Origin: an uncultured Clostridia bacterium
Lineage (GTDB): Bacteria; Bacillota; Clostridia; Christensenellales; QALW01
Reading direction: 5' to 3'
Assembly (NCBI GenBank): GCA_958448705.1
Contig: CAUDEY010000009.1
Span: forward strand, 3,010-67,009
Length of the DNA stretch: 64,000 bases
Shown here: in pieces, positions 46,627 through 55,352 of the stretch
How the letters are laid out: every line of letters begins with the position of its first letter
How positions within the stretch are numbered: the stretch's first letter is position 1
The notes under the pieces: model-generated
The model's database searches: none
Told to the model about the DNA's origin: nothing
Seen by the model: the letters and a program-made list of their open reading frames with translations, nothing else
Made by a program: the position numbers and the translations under genes

Positions 46627-48018
46627 TTACAGCGCTTCGATTTCTTGGCACCGCGCCTGAAGCTTTTTGCGCCAGGGCCCAAAACAAAAGTACAGCCCCA
46701 AACTCAATGCCGTTAAAACAAAAGTGATGGGATAAATAATAAAGATACTATCAATACTGGCGGTATCTATAACAGGAATCAGGAACCGCAGCCAATAGAT
46801 CCAGACGATACGGAAGCCGCACATCCATAAAAAAGAGGTGATCATCGGAAAGATCGGACTGCCGCAGCTGCGAAGCGTAGCGGAAAGAATATCGCTGATT
46901 CCGGTAATAAAGTAGAAAGTGGCAATATAAAACACTTTGGAAGCACCAAAGGATATGATTTTATCAAAATTGGGATCGGCCCTGTCTACAAACATTCCTA
47001 CCAGCTGATGCCGGAAAAGAGATGCCAGCATTCCTAAAGAAAGCATCAAACCCACGGTCAGTGCCAGTGCAATCAAGGTTCCCTTTTTTACCCGTTTAAA
47101 ATTCCCTGCACCGATATTTTGGCCGGCAAAAGTCATTAGAGCCAGCCCGATACTGCTGGAGATAATCAGAATAAAATCATCCAGCTTACTGGCGGCAGTA
47201 CTGCCTGCCGTAGCCGCAGCGCCAAAAGAATTGATAAAGGTTTGAATAATAATATTTGAAACATTAATAATCGCCGTCTGCAGTCCTGCCGGAAGACCTA
47301 TTTTAACAATAGCAGCCGTATCCGAAGCAGTAAACCGAAGCTCTTTCAACAGCAGTTTAAAGCTGCCCTGGCTGCGCATTAAAGTAATTATGACTAAAAC
47401 TGCAGAAACAAGCTGTGATCCTACCGTGGCAAAGGCCGCGCCGGCTACACCCCAATGAAATACGCCCACAAACAGCAGGTCAAGGCCCACATTGGTAGCC
47501 GCCGAACAGGCCAAAAAAAACAGCGGATGATGGGAATCGCCCACTGCGCGCAGGATACCTGCCCCCATATTATATACGATCAAAAAAAAGGATCCGCCAA
47601 AATAGATCCGAAGATACATCTGCGCATCCTCTAAGATTACAGGGTCGGTATTCATCAAATGAAGAATAGAAGGGGTAAACAGAACGCCCAGCACCGAAAT
47701 CAGCAGACCGCACACCATGCTCAGCAGAATTCCCGTATGTACCGCCCGATGCACGCCGCGGCCGTCCCCGGCACCGAAAAATTTGGATACCACCACACTG
47801 CCGCCGGTGGAAATTCCTAAAAACAAACCGATCAAGCACGAACAAATCGGTGTGGTGGTGCCTACTGCCGCCAGTGCGTTTCCGCCGCAGAACTGCCCTA
47901 CGATCAGCGAATCAGCCGCGTTGTAAAGGTTTTGCAGCAAATTCGTCAAATAGATCGGTATAGCGAATAAAAGCAGCTGCTTAAGTATCGGACCCTGCGT
48001 CATATTGATGCTTTTCAT
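46627..48018 (-). CDS. MATE-family efflux transporter
   Basis: ATG at 48018 follows GGAGGAG. The N-terminus is GPILKQLLLFAIPIYLTNLLQNLYNAADSLIVGQF, with a 12-TM profile. The start overlaps the yigZ stop (ATGA). Confidence 0.88.
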   Translation of the reverse strand: MKSINMTQGPILKQLLLFAIPIYLTNLLQNLYNAADSLIVGQFCGGNALAAVGTTTPICSCLIGLFLGISTGGSVVVSKFFGAGDGRGVHRAVHTGILLSMVCGLLISVLGVLFTPSILHLMNTDPVILEDAQMYLRIYFGGSFFLIVYNMGAGILRAVGDSHHPLFFLACSAATNVGLDLLFVGVFHWGVAGAAFATVGSQLVSAVLVIITLMRSQGSFKLLLKELRFTASDTAAIVKIGLPAGLQTAIINVSNIIIQTFINSFGAAATAGSTAASKLDDFILIISSSIGLALMTFAGQNIGAGNFKRVKKGTLIALALTVGLMLSLGMLASLFRHQLVGMFVDRADPNFDKIISFGASKVFYIATFYFITGISDILSATLRSCGSPIFPMITSFLWMCGFRIVWIYWLRFLIPVIDTASIDSIFIIYPITFVLTALSLGLYFCFGPWRKKLQARCQEIEAL

Positions 48019-48653
48019 TGCCTCTCCTCCCATGGATAATACAGTGTATCGGTTTTTTGGGTGCGCGCGCGCCCGTTTGTGAGCGCGGCAAGCTCTTTTT
48101 CAAGGCGGTCCTCATCCTGCTGCCGAACGACGCACCGGATACAGACGCTTTCTGAAAATTCAACCGCCTCTAAAGCAATATCGCTCTTGCTTCTTATGAT
48201 ATGCTCAACATGGGCAAAATGGGTGTAATCCATAAAAATTTCAAATTTTACGCTGCGCACCATCCATACCGCTTTTGCGGCATCCAGCGCACCGGCCGCA
48301 CCGGATGCATAGGCTCGTGTCAATCCTCCTGTACCTAAAAGAATGCCGCCGAAGTAGCGCGTGACTACAACAACGGCATTGGTTATATTCTTTTTTTTCA
48401 AACATTCAAGCATAGGAACACCGGCGGTGCCCTGAGGCTCGCCGTCATCACTGCAGCGCACATTTTCACCGGCCGGACCCAAGCGATAGGCCCAGCAGTG
48501 ATGGCGCGCGTCAGGATAGCGCTTTTTTTGGCTGTTTATCACCGCAAGAGCCTGCTGTTCATTCTGGGCTGCGGCCGCCAAGGCAATAAATGTGGATTTT
48601 TGCAAAATCTGCTCAAAGCTTCCGGCGGAAGCTATGGTTTTATATTCATCCAT
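48015..48653 (-). CDS. YigZ/IMPACT-family protein (UPF0029)
   Basis: HHCWAYRLG....RCSDDGEPQGTAG.PML and VVVTRYFGGILLGTGGLTRAY motifs. The ATG at 48653 lies 1 nt after the tyrS stop. Confidence 0.85.
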   Translation of the reverse strand: MDEYKTIASAGSFEQILQKSTFIALAAAAQNEQQALAVINSQKKRYPDARHHCWAYRLGPAGENVRCSDDGEPQGTAGVPMLECLKKKNITNAVVVVTRYFGGILLGTGGLTRAYASGAAGALDAAKAVWMVRSVKFEIFMDYTHFAHVEHIIRSKSDIALEAVEFSESVCIRCVVRQQDEDRLEKELAALTNGRARTQKTDTLYYPWEERQ

Positions 48654-48654
48654 T

Positions 48655-49875
48655 TTACTTAATAACAATCTTCTTATGCACTTTTTTGCCCTTGTGCAGA
48701 ATAAATTCGCCTGCCGCAAGCAGCTGCGCGGGTACCACGGCGTTTACATCGGTGATCTTATCCTCATTCAGGGATACGGCACCGCCTTCGATCAGCCGTC
48801 GGCCTTCACCAAGGCTTTTGGTGATATCCGCCAGCATCAAAAGCTCCGTTACTCTTCCGGCAGCCTGTTCTTTTGAAAGAGATACGGAAATCATATCCGC
48901 TTCGCTTCCTCCGCCGAAAGCAGCGGCGGCAGCAGCCTGCGCTTTTTTTGCCTCTTCCTCGGAATGTACGATCTTCGTTACCTCATAGGCCAGCCGCTCC
49001 TTTGCCGCGTTGATGCGCTCATCCTGATACGCGCAAAGCCGGGCGATTTCATCTAACGGAAGAAACGTCAGCAGCTTCAGGCATTTTTCCACATCGGCGT
49101 CATCCACATTGCGCCAGTACTGATAAAAATCATACGGCGAGGTTTTTTCGGCGGAAAGCCAGACCGCACCGCCGGCGGTCTTGCCCATCTTCTGACCGTC
49201 GCTTTTGGTTAAAAGCGTAAAGGTCATCGCAAAGGCGTCCTTTTTTTCCTTGCGGCGGATCAAATCGGCGCCGCCGAGCATATTGGACCACTGATCGTCG
49301 CCGCCCAGCTGCAGAGCACAGCCGTATTTTTGGTACAGCATTAAAAAGTCATAGCTCTGCATCAGCATATAGTTGAATTCCAAAAAGGAGAGTCCCTTTT
49401 CCATACGGGTTTTAAAGCACTCGGCTGTAAGCATGCGGTTTACCGAAAAATATACGCCGATATCCCGCAAAAATTCCACGTAATTTAATTTCAGCAGCCA
49501 TTCGGCGTTATCCACCATAATGGCCTTATCATCAGAAAAATCTATAAATTTTGCAATCTGCTCCTTAAAGCAGTTTACGTTATGCTGAATCGTCTCCAAG
49601 GTCATCATCGAGCGCATATCCGTTCTGCCGCTGGGATCCCCCACACATCCGGTGCCGCCCCCTACCAAACAGATTGGTCTGTGGCCTGCGCGCTGCATGT
49701 GCGCCATAGCCATCAAAACAAGAAAATGCCCTACGTGAAGGCTGTCGGCTGTGGGATCAAAGCCCACATAAAACGTTACCCTTTCGCTGCCCAGCAGCCG
49801 GTACAGGTCCTCTTCAAAAGTGATCTGTTTTACAAAGCCGCGGGCTTTTAAGGTATCCAAAACGTTTTCCGCCAT
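48655..49875 (-). CDS. tyrS: tyrosine--tRNA ligase
   Basis: [13 protein letters not shown] (HIGH), GGDDQW and KMGKT (KMSKS-type), plus a C-terminal S4 domain. ATG at 49875 follows an AAGGAGAG RBS. Confidence 0.92.
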   Translation of the reverse strand: MAENVLDTLKARGFVKQITFEEDLYRLLGSERVTFYVGFDPTADSLHVGHFLVLMAMAHMQRAGHRPICLVGGGTGCVGDPSGRTDMRSMMTLETIQHNVNCFKEQIAKFIDFSDDKAIMVDNAEWLLKLNYVEFLRDIGVYFSVNRMLTAECFKTRMEKGLSFLEFNYMLMQSYDFLMLYQKYGCALQLGGDDQWSNMLGGADLIRRKEKKDAFAMTFTLLTKSDGQKMGKTAGGAVWLSAEKTSPYDFYQYWRNVDDADVEKCLKLLTFLPLDEIARLCAYQDERINAAKERLAYEVTKIVHSEEEAKKAQAAAAAAFGGGSEADMISVSLSKEQAAGRVTELLMLADITKSLGEGRRLIEGGAVSLNEDKITDVNAVVPAQLLAAGEFILHKGKKVHKKIVIK

Positions 49876-49910
49876 CAAAGTTCTCTCCTTCACTATTGAT
49901 ATTGCTACCT

Positions 49911-49939
49911 ATTATACCGCCGTTAGTTTAAAAAAGCAA
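49911..49939 (-). promoter_or_regulatory. putative tyrS promoter with a short (~35 nt) leader
   Basis: Minus strand reads TTGCTT, a 17-nt spacer, then TATAAT. The -10 hexamer ends 35 nt upstream of the ATG. Confidence 0.55.
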
Positions 49940-50090
49940 GCTGTTTTCGTGAGAAATTCCCGCTGTTTTATCGGGTTTTTCTCAATCCCGAAGGCGCGGA
50001 GCGGAAGCTTCGGCAGGCGGCTAAAGAAAAGATTCCCCCTGCATAGCAGAAATCGTTCGCTCGCGGGCTTGCCTATATATGGTTTTTCTT

Positions 50091-50440
50091 GGCTTTCTCT
50101 GACGAGGAGAGCCTGCTCATATGTTATTTCTCTTGGCTCCCTCTGACGAGGGAGCTGGCGAGCGTCAGCGAGACGGAGGGAGAGACTTGCAGCAGAGCAA
50201 GGGATCACTACTCCTGAGCCGCCTGCGGCGGCAGCTCCCCTAACAAGGGGAGCCTGTTTATATGTAGTTTCTCTTGGCTCCCTCTGATGAGGGAGCTGGC
50301 GAGCGGCAGCGAGACGGAGGGAGAGACTTGCAGCAGAGCAAGGGATCACTACCCCTGAGCCGCCTGCGGCGGCAGCTCCCCTGACAAGGGGAGCCTGCTC
50401 GTGTGTAGTTTCTCTTGGTTGCCTCTGATAAGGGAGGCAA
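50091..50440 (-). repeat. tandem array of ~2.5 copies (141-bp period) of the same palindromic repeat family, inverted relative to 6064-6760
   Basis: GGCTCCCTCTGA(C/T)GAGGGAGCTGGCGAGCG.CAGCGAGACGGAGGGAGAG lies at 50135 and 50276, with a partial copy at 50417. It alternates with AC.CCTGAGCCGCCTGCGGCGGCAGCTCCCCT.ACAAGGGGAGCC. These are reverse complements of the A and B modules of the first array. Confidence 0.92.
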
Positions 50441-50575
50441 TTTTTGTTTTCGTTCTGCCTCTATTTTATTCCTTCGCTTTTCATCGCAAAAGCATGTTCC
50501 CTCCACGCGGGTGCCATGTGGATTTCAATATGCAAAACATCCGAGCCGCAGCCCGGATGTTCTAAAAACGCAAAA

Positions 50576-51595
50576 TTATTCCGTAAACAGTTCATCGGTA
50601 AAATATGCATTGGTATCCGCATGCCGGCCGCAGCCGTCGGTAACCGTTACGCGGACATAGACGTCGCCCGGCTCTATCGTTAGAGAGGCCTCCGTGATTG
50701 TCTGGCCCTCCGGTGCAAAAAATGAAACGTAGCCTCTGCGGCGGCCTAATGTAAAGCCGATTTTTGCCGCGGGAGAGCAGGTGATATGGAGCGTTCCGTC
50801 TTCAAACCACAGGGCATGAATTTCCGGTCCTTGCGATGCATAAAAATGGCCTTCTTCCAGCGCTCTGGTAATGGTGCGGTATTCTAATTTCTGTGCTTTT
50901 ATCATGACAAAGCCGCCGAAGGAATCCCTTGTGCAGGGGGTTCCGTAATTATGGTTATCATCGGCGGCAATGCAGTAGATCCTTTTGCCTGCGCGGAGCA
51001 TATCATCATATACCCGCGGATTGTAATCCTCATAACCCGCGGAGATACAGCCGAAATTACAGATCTCCATTGCATGCATTCCCTCATAGCGGGCATAGGA
51101 TCGATAATCCTCCTGGGACCAGGTAGGATGATTATAAGTTACAAAAAATCCGGCTTCTCTGCCGCGCTTCATCATATCGCTGACGCCTTCGGGGGAGTAT
51201 GTGCGTACATAATCCGGTTCCGTTTCCTTAAAACGGACTTCATCTCTGTGTTTTACGGCATTGGCAAACAAATAGTCGCTTCTGTGCCAGCATACCGGCG
51301 TAAGATTCTCTTCCTCCAAAGCAATCAGGCACATATGGCAGCAGGGGCCGCCGTCGTTTGCCGTGCCGGAATTGACCTCCATCTCATAGCCGTTCAGGGG
51401 CAGAAAGGATTCGTCGCGCAGTTCGGGATGCGGAATCAGAATGTCGTGGTCGGTAAAGGCAAGGATTGAATATCCCTGTTCGCGGTAAAGCTTTTTTAAT
51501 TCTGCCGGACTCAGACAGGCATCGGAAAAATCGGAATGGCAGTGCAGGTTTGCCTTATAAAAAGTTCCGGTTTGCGGCAGCAGATATTTTTTCAT
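50576..51595 (-). CDS. PHP-domain metal-dependent phosphoesterase
   Basis: NLHCHSDFSD and LAFTDHD motifs at the N-terminus. 339 aa. Confidence 0.75.
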   Translation of the reverse strand: MKKYLLPQTGTFYKANLHCHSDFSDACLSPAELKKLYREQGYSILAFTDHDILIPHPELRDESFLPLNGYEMEVNSGTANDGGPCCHMCLIALEEENLTPVCWHRSDYLFANAVKHRDEVRFKETEPDYVRTYSPEGVSDMMKRGREAGFFVTYNHPTWSQEDYRSYARYEGMHAMEICNFGCISAGYEDYNPRVYDDMLRAGKRIYCIAADDNHNYGTPCTRDSFGGFVMIKAQKLEYRTITRALEEGHFYASQGPEIHALWFEDGTLHITCSPAAKIGFTLGRRRGYVSFFAPEGQTITEASLTIEPGDVYVRVTVTDGCGRHADTNAYFTDELFTE

Positions 51596-51808
51596 AAAAA
51601 ATCCTCTTTTTTGTTAAAATTAATTTTATTATAAGCCGCGTGCCTAAAAAAGTCAATTCTAAAAAAGGAAAGGTACCTGTTTCTGCTTCCAAAAAGTTTC
51701 ATTTTTCTCAAGCCTCAGGTCTTGCATTTGCAAAAGATGTATGCTACAATAAGCAAAGTATATGGATGGAAAAAGGAAGATTCCACCAGTTAAACGGAGG
51801 ATTTTATC

Positions 51809-54800
51809 ATGTTGTATAAAAAGAATGCAGTGCCGGAGCTCACTGCGGAGTTGTTTGAAAACCCCACATCGGAATTTCGGGGAGCCCCTTTTTGGGCCTG
51901 GAATACCAAACTGAAAGACGAGATGCTCCTTAGGCAAATTGAGATCTTTAAGCAGATGGGTATTGGCGGCTTCCACATGCACGTGCGGTCAGGCATGGCC
52001 ACCGAATATTTAAGCGAAGAGTTTATGCGCCTGATTCGCCTGTGCAATGAAAAGGCAAAAAAAGAGGATATGCTTTGCTGGCTGTATGACGAAGACCGTT
52101 GGCCTTCCGGGGCGGCGGGCGGCCTTGTTACAAAAAATTACCGCTACAGGGGCCGTTCTCTGGTAATTGACAGCACGGATCCGCACAGCCGTCGGAATTT
52201 TGCTGAGAATTTTGAAGAATTCTGCCGGATGGCGGATGCGGGAGAAAAGCCCTGCGGATATTTTTTGGGCAGATACACCGTAACCTTTGACGGCAATCAT
52301 TTTATGAAGGACTATCGCCGCTTGGAGGCGGAGGAGGAACCCTCCGGCAAGGTGTGGTATGCCTATATCATAGTAAATGAGGATAATCCCTGGTATAACG
52401 GTCAGGCCTATCTGGATACCCTGAATAAACAAGCGGTAGAAGAATTTGTGCATGTGACGTACGATGCATATTTTAAAGCCGTCGGCAAAGATTTCGGCGG
52501 GAGCATTCCTGCTATCTTTACCGATGAGCCCCAGGTGCCGCGGCACAGCTATTTTAAAACCTCCGGAGCGGATGGATATATTACGTTGCCTTTTACCGAT
52601 GATTTTGAGCAGACCTATCAAGCTGCCTACGGCGAAAGCCTGCTGGATAAGGCCCCGGAGCTGGTATGGGAAAAGCCGGGAAATGGCTGTGCGCTTACCC
52701 GCTACCGTTATATGGATCATATGTGCGAACGGTTTGTTTCGGCCTTTGTGGATACCATCGGCCAGTGGTGCATGGAGCATAATATTGCCTTTACCGGCCA
52801 TATGATGCAGGAACCTACGCTCAGCAGCCAAACCGATTCTTTAGGCGAAGCTATGCGCTGTTACCGGAATTTTCAAATTCCCGGCATGGATCTTTTGTGC
52901 GATGCTGTAGAACTGACTACCGCCAAACAGGTGCAGTCGGCGGTGCATCAATACGGCAGGGAAGGAATGCTCTCCGAGCTTTACGGCGTTACCGGCTGGA
53001 ACTTTGATTTTAAAGGCCATAAGCGTCAGGGCGATTGGCAGGCGGCTTTAGGGGTAACGGTGCGCGTGCATCACTTGACCTGGGTTTCCATGAACGGAGA
53101 GGCCAAGCGTGACTATCCCGCCTCTATCGGATATCAGTCTCCGTGGTATCGGGAATATCGTTATATCGAAGATCATTTTGCAAGGGTAAACACCGCGCTG
53201 ACCCGGGGCACGCCGGAGGTCCGTATCGGAGTGATCCATCCGGTAGAAAGCTTTTGGCTTTACTGCGGGCCTAATGATAAAACCGCATTGCGCCGCCAGT
53301 ACCTGGATGCACAGTTCGATCAGCTGACCCGCGCACTTGCCTACAGCGGTATTGATTTTGATTTTATTTCCGAATCTCTCTTTCCGCAGCTGTGCAAAAC
53401 GGCGTCTGTTCCTCTTACCGTAGGCGAGATGAAATATGACTGCATCGTCGTTCCGGTAATGGAAACGATGCGTTCCTCAACGCTGGAGCGGCTGGAGGCC
53501 TTTGCCAAAGCTGGCGGCAGGGTGATTTTGATTGGGAAGCCGCCGGTGTATATTGATGCAGAACCTTCCGAGGCAGCGGCAAAGGCGGCAAAAAATTGGA
53601 AACAGCTGGACGTAGATTATACTGCGTTGATCGATGCTTTAGAGGATTTCCGTTTTGTTGATTTTACCGACATGGATACCGGCGTACGCTGCGGCAACTT
53701 TGTGCATCAGCTGCGCAATGACGGCCAGGATAAATGGCTGTTCTTCTGCCATGGCGAAAATATGGAAAAGCGCAAGGGCTTTGTTTCGGCACTGTATTGT
53801 GAAAAAGTAAAGCTTACCATTACAGGGGAGTACGATTTGACCGAATATGATACGCTGACCGGTAAAATTTATACTCCGGCTTACCGTATAGAAGACGGAA
53901 GAACCATTTTAATGCGCACCATGTTTGCTCAAGACAGCCTGCTGCTGAAGCTGACGCCGACAAAGGGCGATAAGCTGGTAGAAGGCGATGCGCCTGTTCG
54001 GGCTATGCCCAAGGGCGTAAACGACGTGATTGTAAGCAGGCCCAGCGCCAAAGTGGTTATTCCCGTGGCCGGCGGAAGTGTTTCCGTGGCTGATGCTGTG
54101 CCGTATACATTGGATGAGCCCAATGCCGTGCTGCTGGATCTTTGTGAATATGCCTTTGACGGCGAAGCTTATCAGGGGCCGGAGGATTCTCTGCTGGTTG
54201 CCGATATCGGCAGGAAGCGGTTCTTTGAAAAACATCAGGGACAGCGCATCGTTCAGCCCTGGGTGGAGATTCCCGAGGAGATACGGCGGGATATGCAAGA
54301 GCATACCGTAAAACGCAGATTCCGTTTTCACAGCGACATTGCCGTTGAAAATGCTCATTTGGCATTGGAACTGGCGGATCAGGCAAAGATCTGGGTCAAC
54401 GGCAGGCAGATCTCCAATCAGCCCGACGGCTGGTATGTGGATGAATGTATTCAAACCGTACCGGTACCTGCGCTGCAGCCGGGCGAGGTCGTGATTGAAA
54501 TAGAAATCCCCTTCTCTCTGCGCAGCTGTACTGAATGGTGTTATTTCCTGGGGGATTTCGGCGTAAAAGTCCGCGGGAAATTCATTACTGTGATTCCCCG
54601 GCCTAAAACACTCGTCTTTGGTGACGCCGTATCGCAGGGGCTGCCGTTCTATACGGGCAATATCATTTATCATACTGCCTACAATGAGCCTGCCGGTGCG
54701 GAGCGCACCCTGCAGCTTTCCCAATATGCCGGCGCTTTGGCTAAGGTGCGTGTTGACGGAAAAGAAGCCGGAATAGCGGCGTTGGCTCCCTATTGCGTTT

Positions 54801-55006
54801 CTTTGGGCTTTATGGAAAAAGGTACGCACCGCATCGATATTACCGTGTTCGGTACCCGGGGCAACGCCTTTGGTCCTGTACACAACAACGTAGCGGATTA
54901 TCCCTATTTAGGCCCCAACGCCTGGCGTACGCATCATTCGCCCTTGTGGTCGGATATCTATCAGCTTCATCCCACCGGGCTGCTGAATGCCCCGGAAATT
55001 TACTGA
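51809..55006 (+). CDS. large cytoplasmic glycoside hydrolase (GH106-like / jelly-roll-containing family)
   Basis: The N-terminal block is FRGAPFWAWNTKL....L..QI..FK.MGIGGFHMHVRSG....YLSEEF......C...A....M..WLYDEDRWPSGAAGG. It is 1065 aa with no signal peptide. The family assignment is tentative. Confidence 0.65.
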   Translation: MLYKKNAVPELTAELFENPTSEFRGAPFWAWNTKLKDEMLLRQIEIFKQMGIGGFHMHVRSGMATEYLSEEFMRLIRLCNEKAKKEDMLCWLYDEDRWPSGAAGGLVTKNYRYRGRSLVIDSTDPHSRRNFAENFEEFCRMADAGEKPCGYFLGRYTVTFDGNHFMKDYRRLEAEEEPSGKVWYAYIIVNEDNPWYNGQAYLDTLNKQAVEEFVHVTYDAYFKAVGKDFGGSIPAIFTDEPQVPRHSYFKTSGADGYITLPFTDDFEQTYQAAYGESLLDKAPELVWEKPGNGCALTRYRYMDHMCERFVSAFVDTIGQWCMEHNIAFTGHMMQEPTLSSQTDSLGEAMRCYRNFQIPGMDLLCDAVELTTAKQVQSAVHQYGREGMLSELYGVTGWNFDFKGHKRQGDWQAALGVTVRVHHLTWVSMNGEAKRDYPASIGYQSPWYREYRYIEDHFARVNTALTRGTPEVRIGVIHPVESFWLYCGPNDKTALRRQYLDAQFDQLTRALAYSGIDFDFISESLFPQLCKTASVPLTVGEMKYDCIVVPVMETMRSSTLERLEAFAKAGGRVILIGKPPVYIDAEPSEAAAKAAKNWKQLDVDYTALIDALEDFRFVDFTDMDTGVRCGNFVHQLRNDGQDKWLFFCHGENMEKRKGFVSALYCEKVKLTITGEYDLTEYDTLTGKIYTPAYRIEDGRTILMRTMFAQDSLLLKLTPTKGDKLVEGDAPVRAMPKGVNDVIVSRPSAKVVIPVAGGSVSVADAVPYTLDEPNAVLLDLCEYAFDGEAYQGPEDSLLVADIGRKRFFEKHQGQRIVQPWVEIPEEIRRDMQEHTVKRRFRFHSDIAVENAHLALELADQAKIWVNGRQISNQPDGWYVDECIQTVPVPALQPGEVVIEIEIPFSLRSCTEWCYFLGDFGVKVRGKFITVIPRPKTLVFGDAVSQGLPFYTGNIIYHTAYNEPAGAERTLQLSQYAGALAKVRVDGKEAGIAALAPYCVSLGFMEKGTHRIDITVFGTRGNAFGPVHNNVADYPYLGPNAWRTHHSPLWSDIYQLHPTGLLNAPEIY

Positions 55007-55089
55007 GAAAAAAGCCCTCGCTGAATGACAGAGGAGCATAAAGAAGTATTGCAAAAATACTGACCTATGCCAAGTGAACGGGAAATAAG

Positions 55090-55138
55090 AAAACTCTATG
55101 TGAATGGATAAACCATTTGCATAGAGTTTTTCTTTTGC
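55090..55138. terminator. bidirectional intrinsic terminator
   Basis: AAAACTCTATG..AATGG-ataaa-CCATT..CATAGAGTTTT followed by TCTTTTG. An A-run precedes it. Confidence 0.8.
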
Positions 55139-55216
55139 TTATTTCAAATTTTCAGCGTCCGCAGGATGCGCAGCCGTCACCGAAGGGGACGATCTTGGGG
55201 GCTTGGGGGTTATCCC

Positions 55217-55336
55217 TCAACAAGCGTTTTGGCGGGTAGAAAACTCGCCAAAATCGCAAACATGTACATGTTTGCATTGCTTGCCAGTATATGTACGGAC
55301 AGATTTTCTGGCGCAAATTGCTTCCATTGTATTCAT
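55217..55336 (-). pseudogene. possible nitroreductase-family gene remnant (only ~19 N-terminal codons recognisable)
   Basis: A GGAGGT RBS lies 8 nt before the ATG. MNTMEAICARKSVRTYTGK fits the nitroreductase N-terminal pattern (..I..R.S.R.Y). The similarity then ends and a stop follows after 39 codons. Confidence 0.35.
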
Positions 55337-55352
55337 GGATAGATACCTCCAT

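Noticed and set aside
49876-50575. T-box leader expected upstream of tyrS
   Set aside because: A good promoter sits 35 nt from the ATG, and the upstream DNA is occupied by the palindromic repeat array. No specifier-loop or T-box sequence is recognisable by eye. A covariance-model scan would be needed for certainty.
55152-55352. 66-aa ORF as a bona fide small protein
   Set aside because: The RBS-like GGAGGT lies inside the ORF and is correctly spaced for the ATG of the neighbouring frame, which gives a nitroreductase-like start. I therefore treat the region as a gene remnant, although a real small ORF cannot be excluded.
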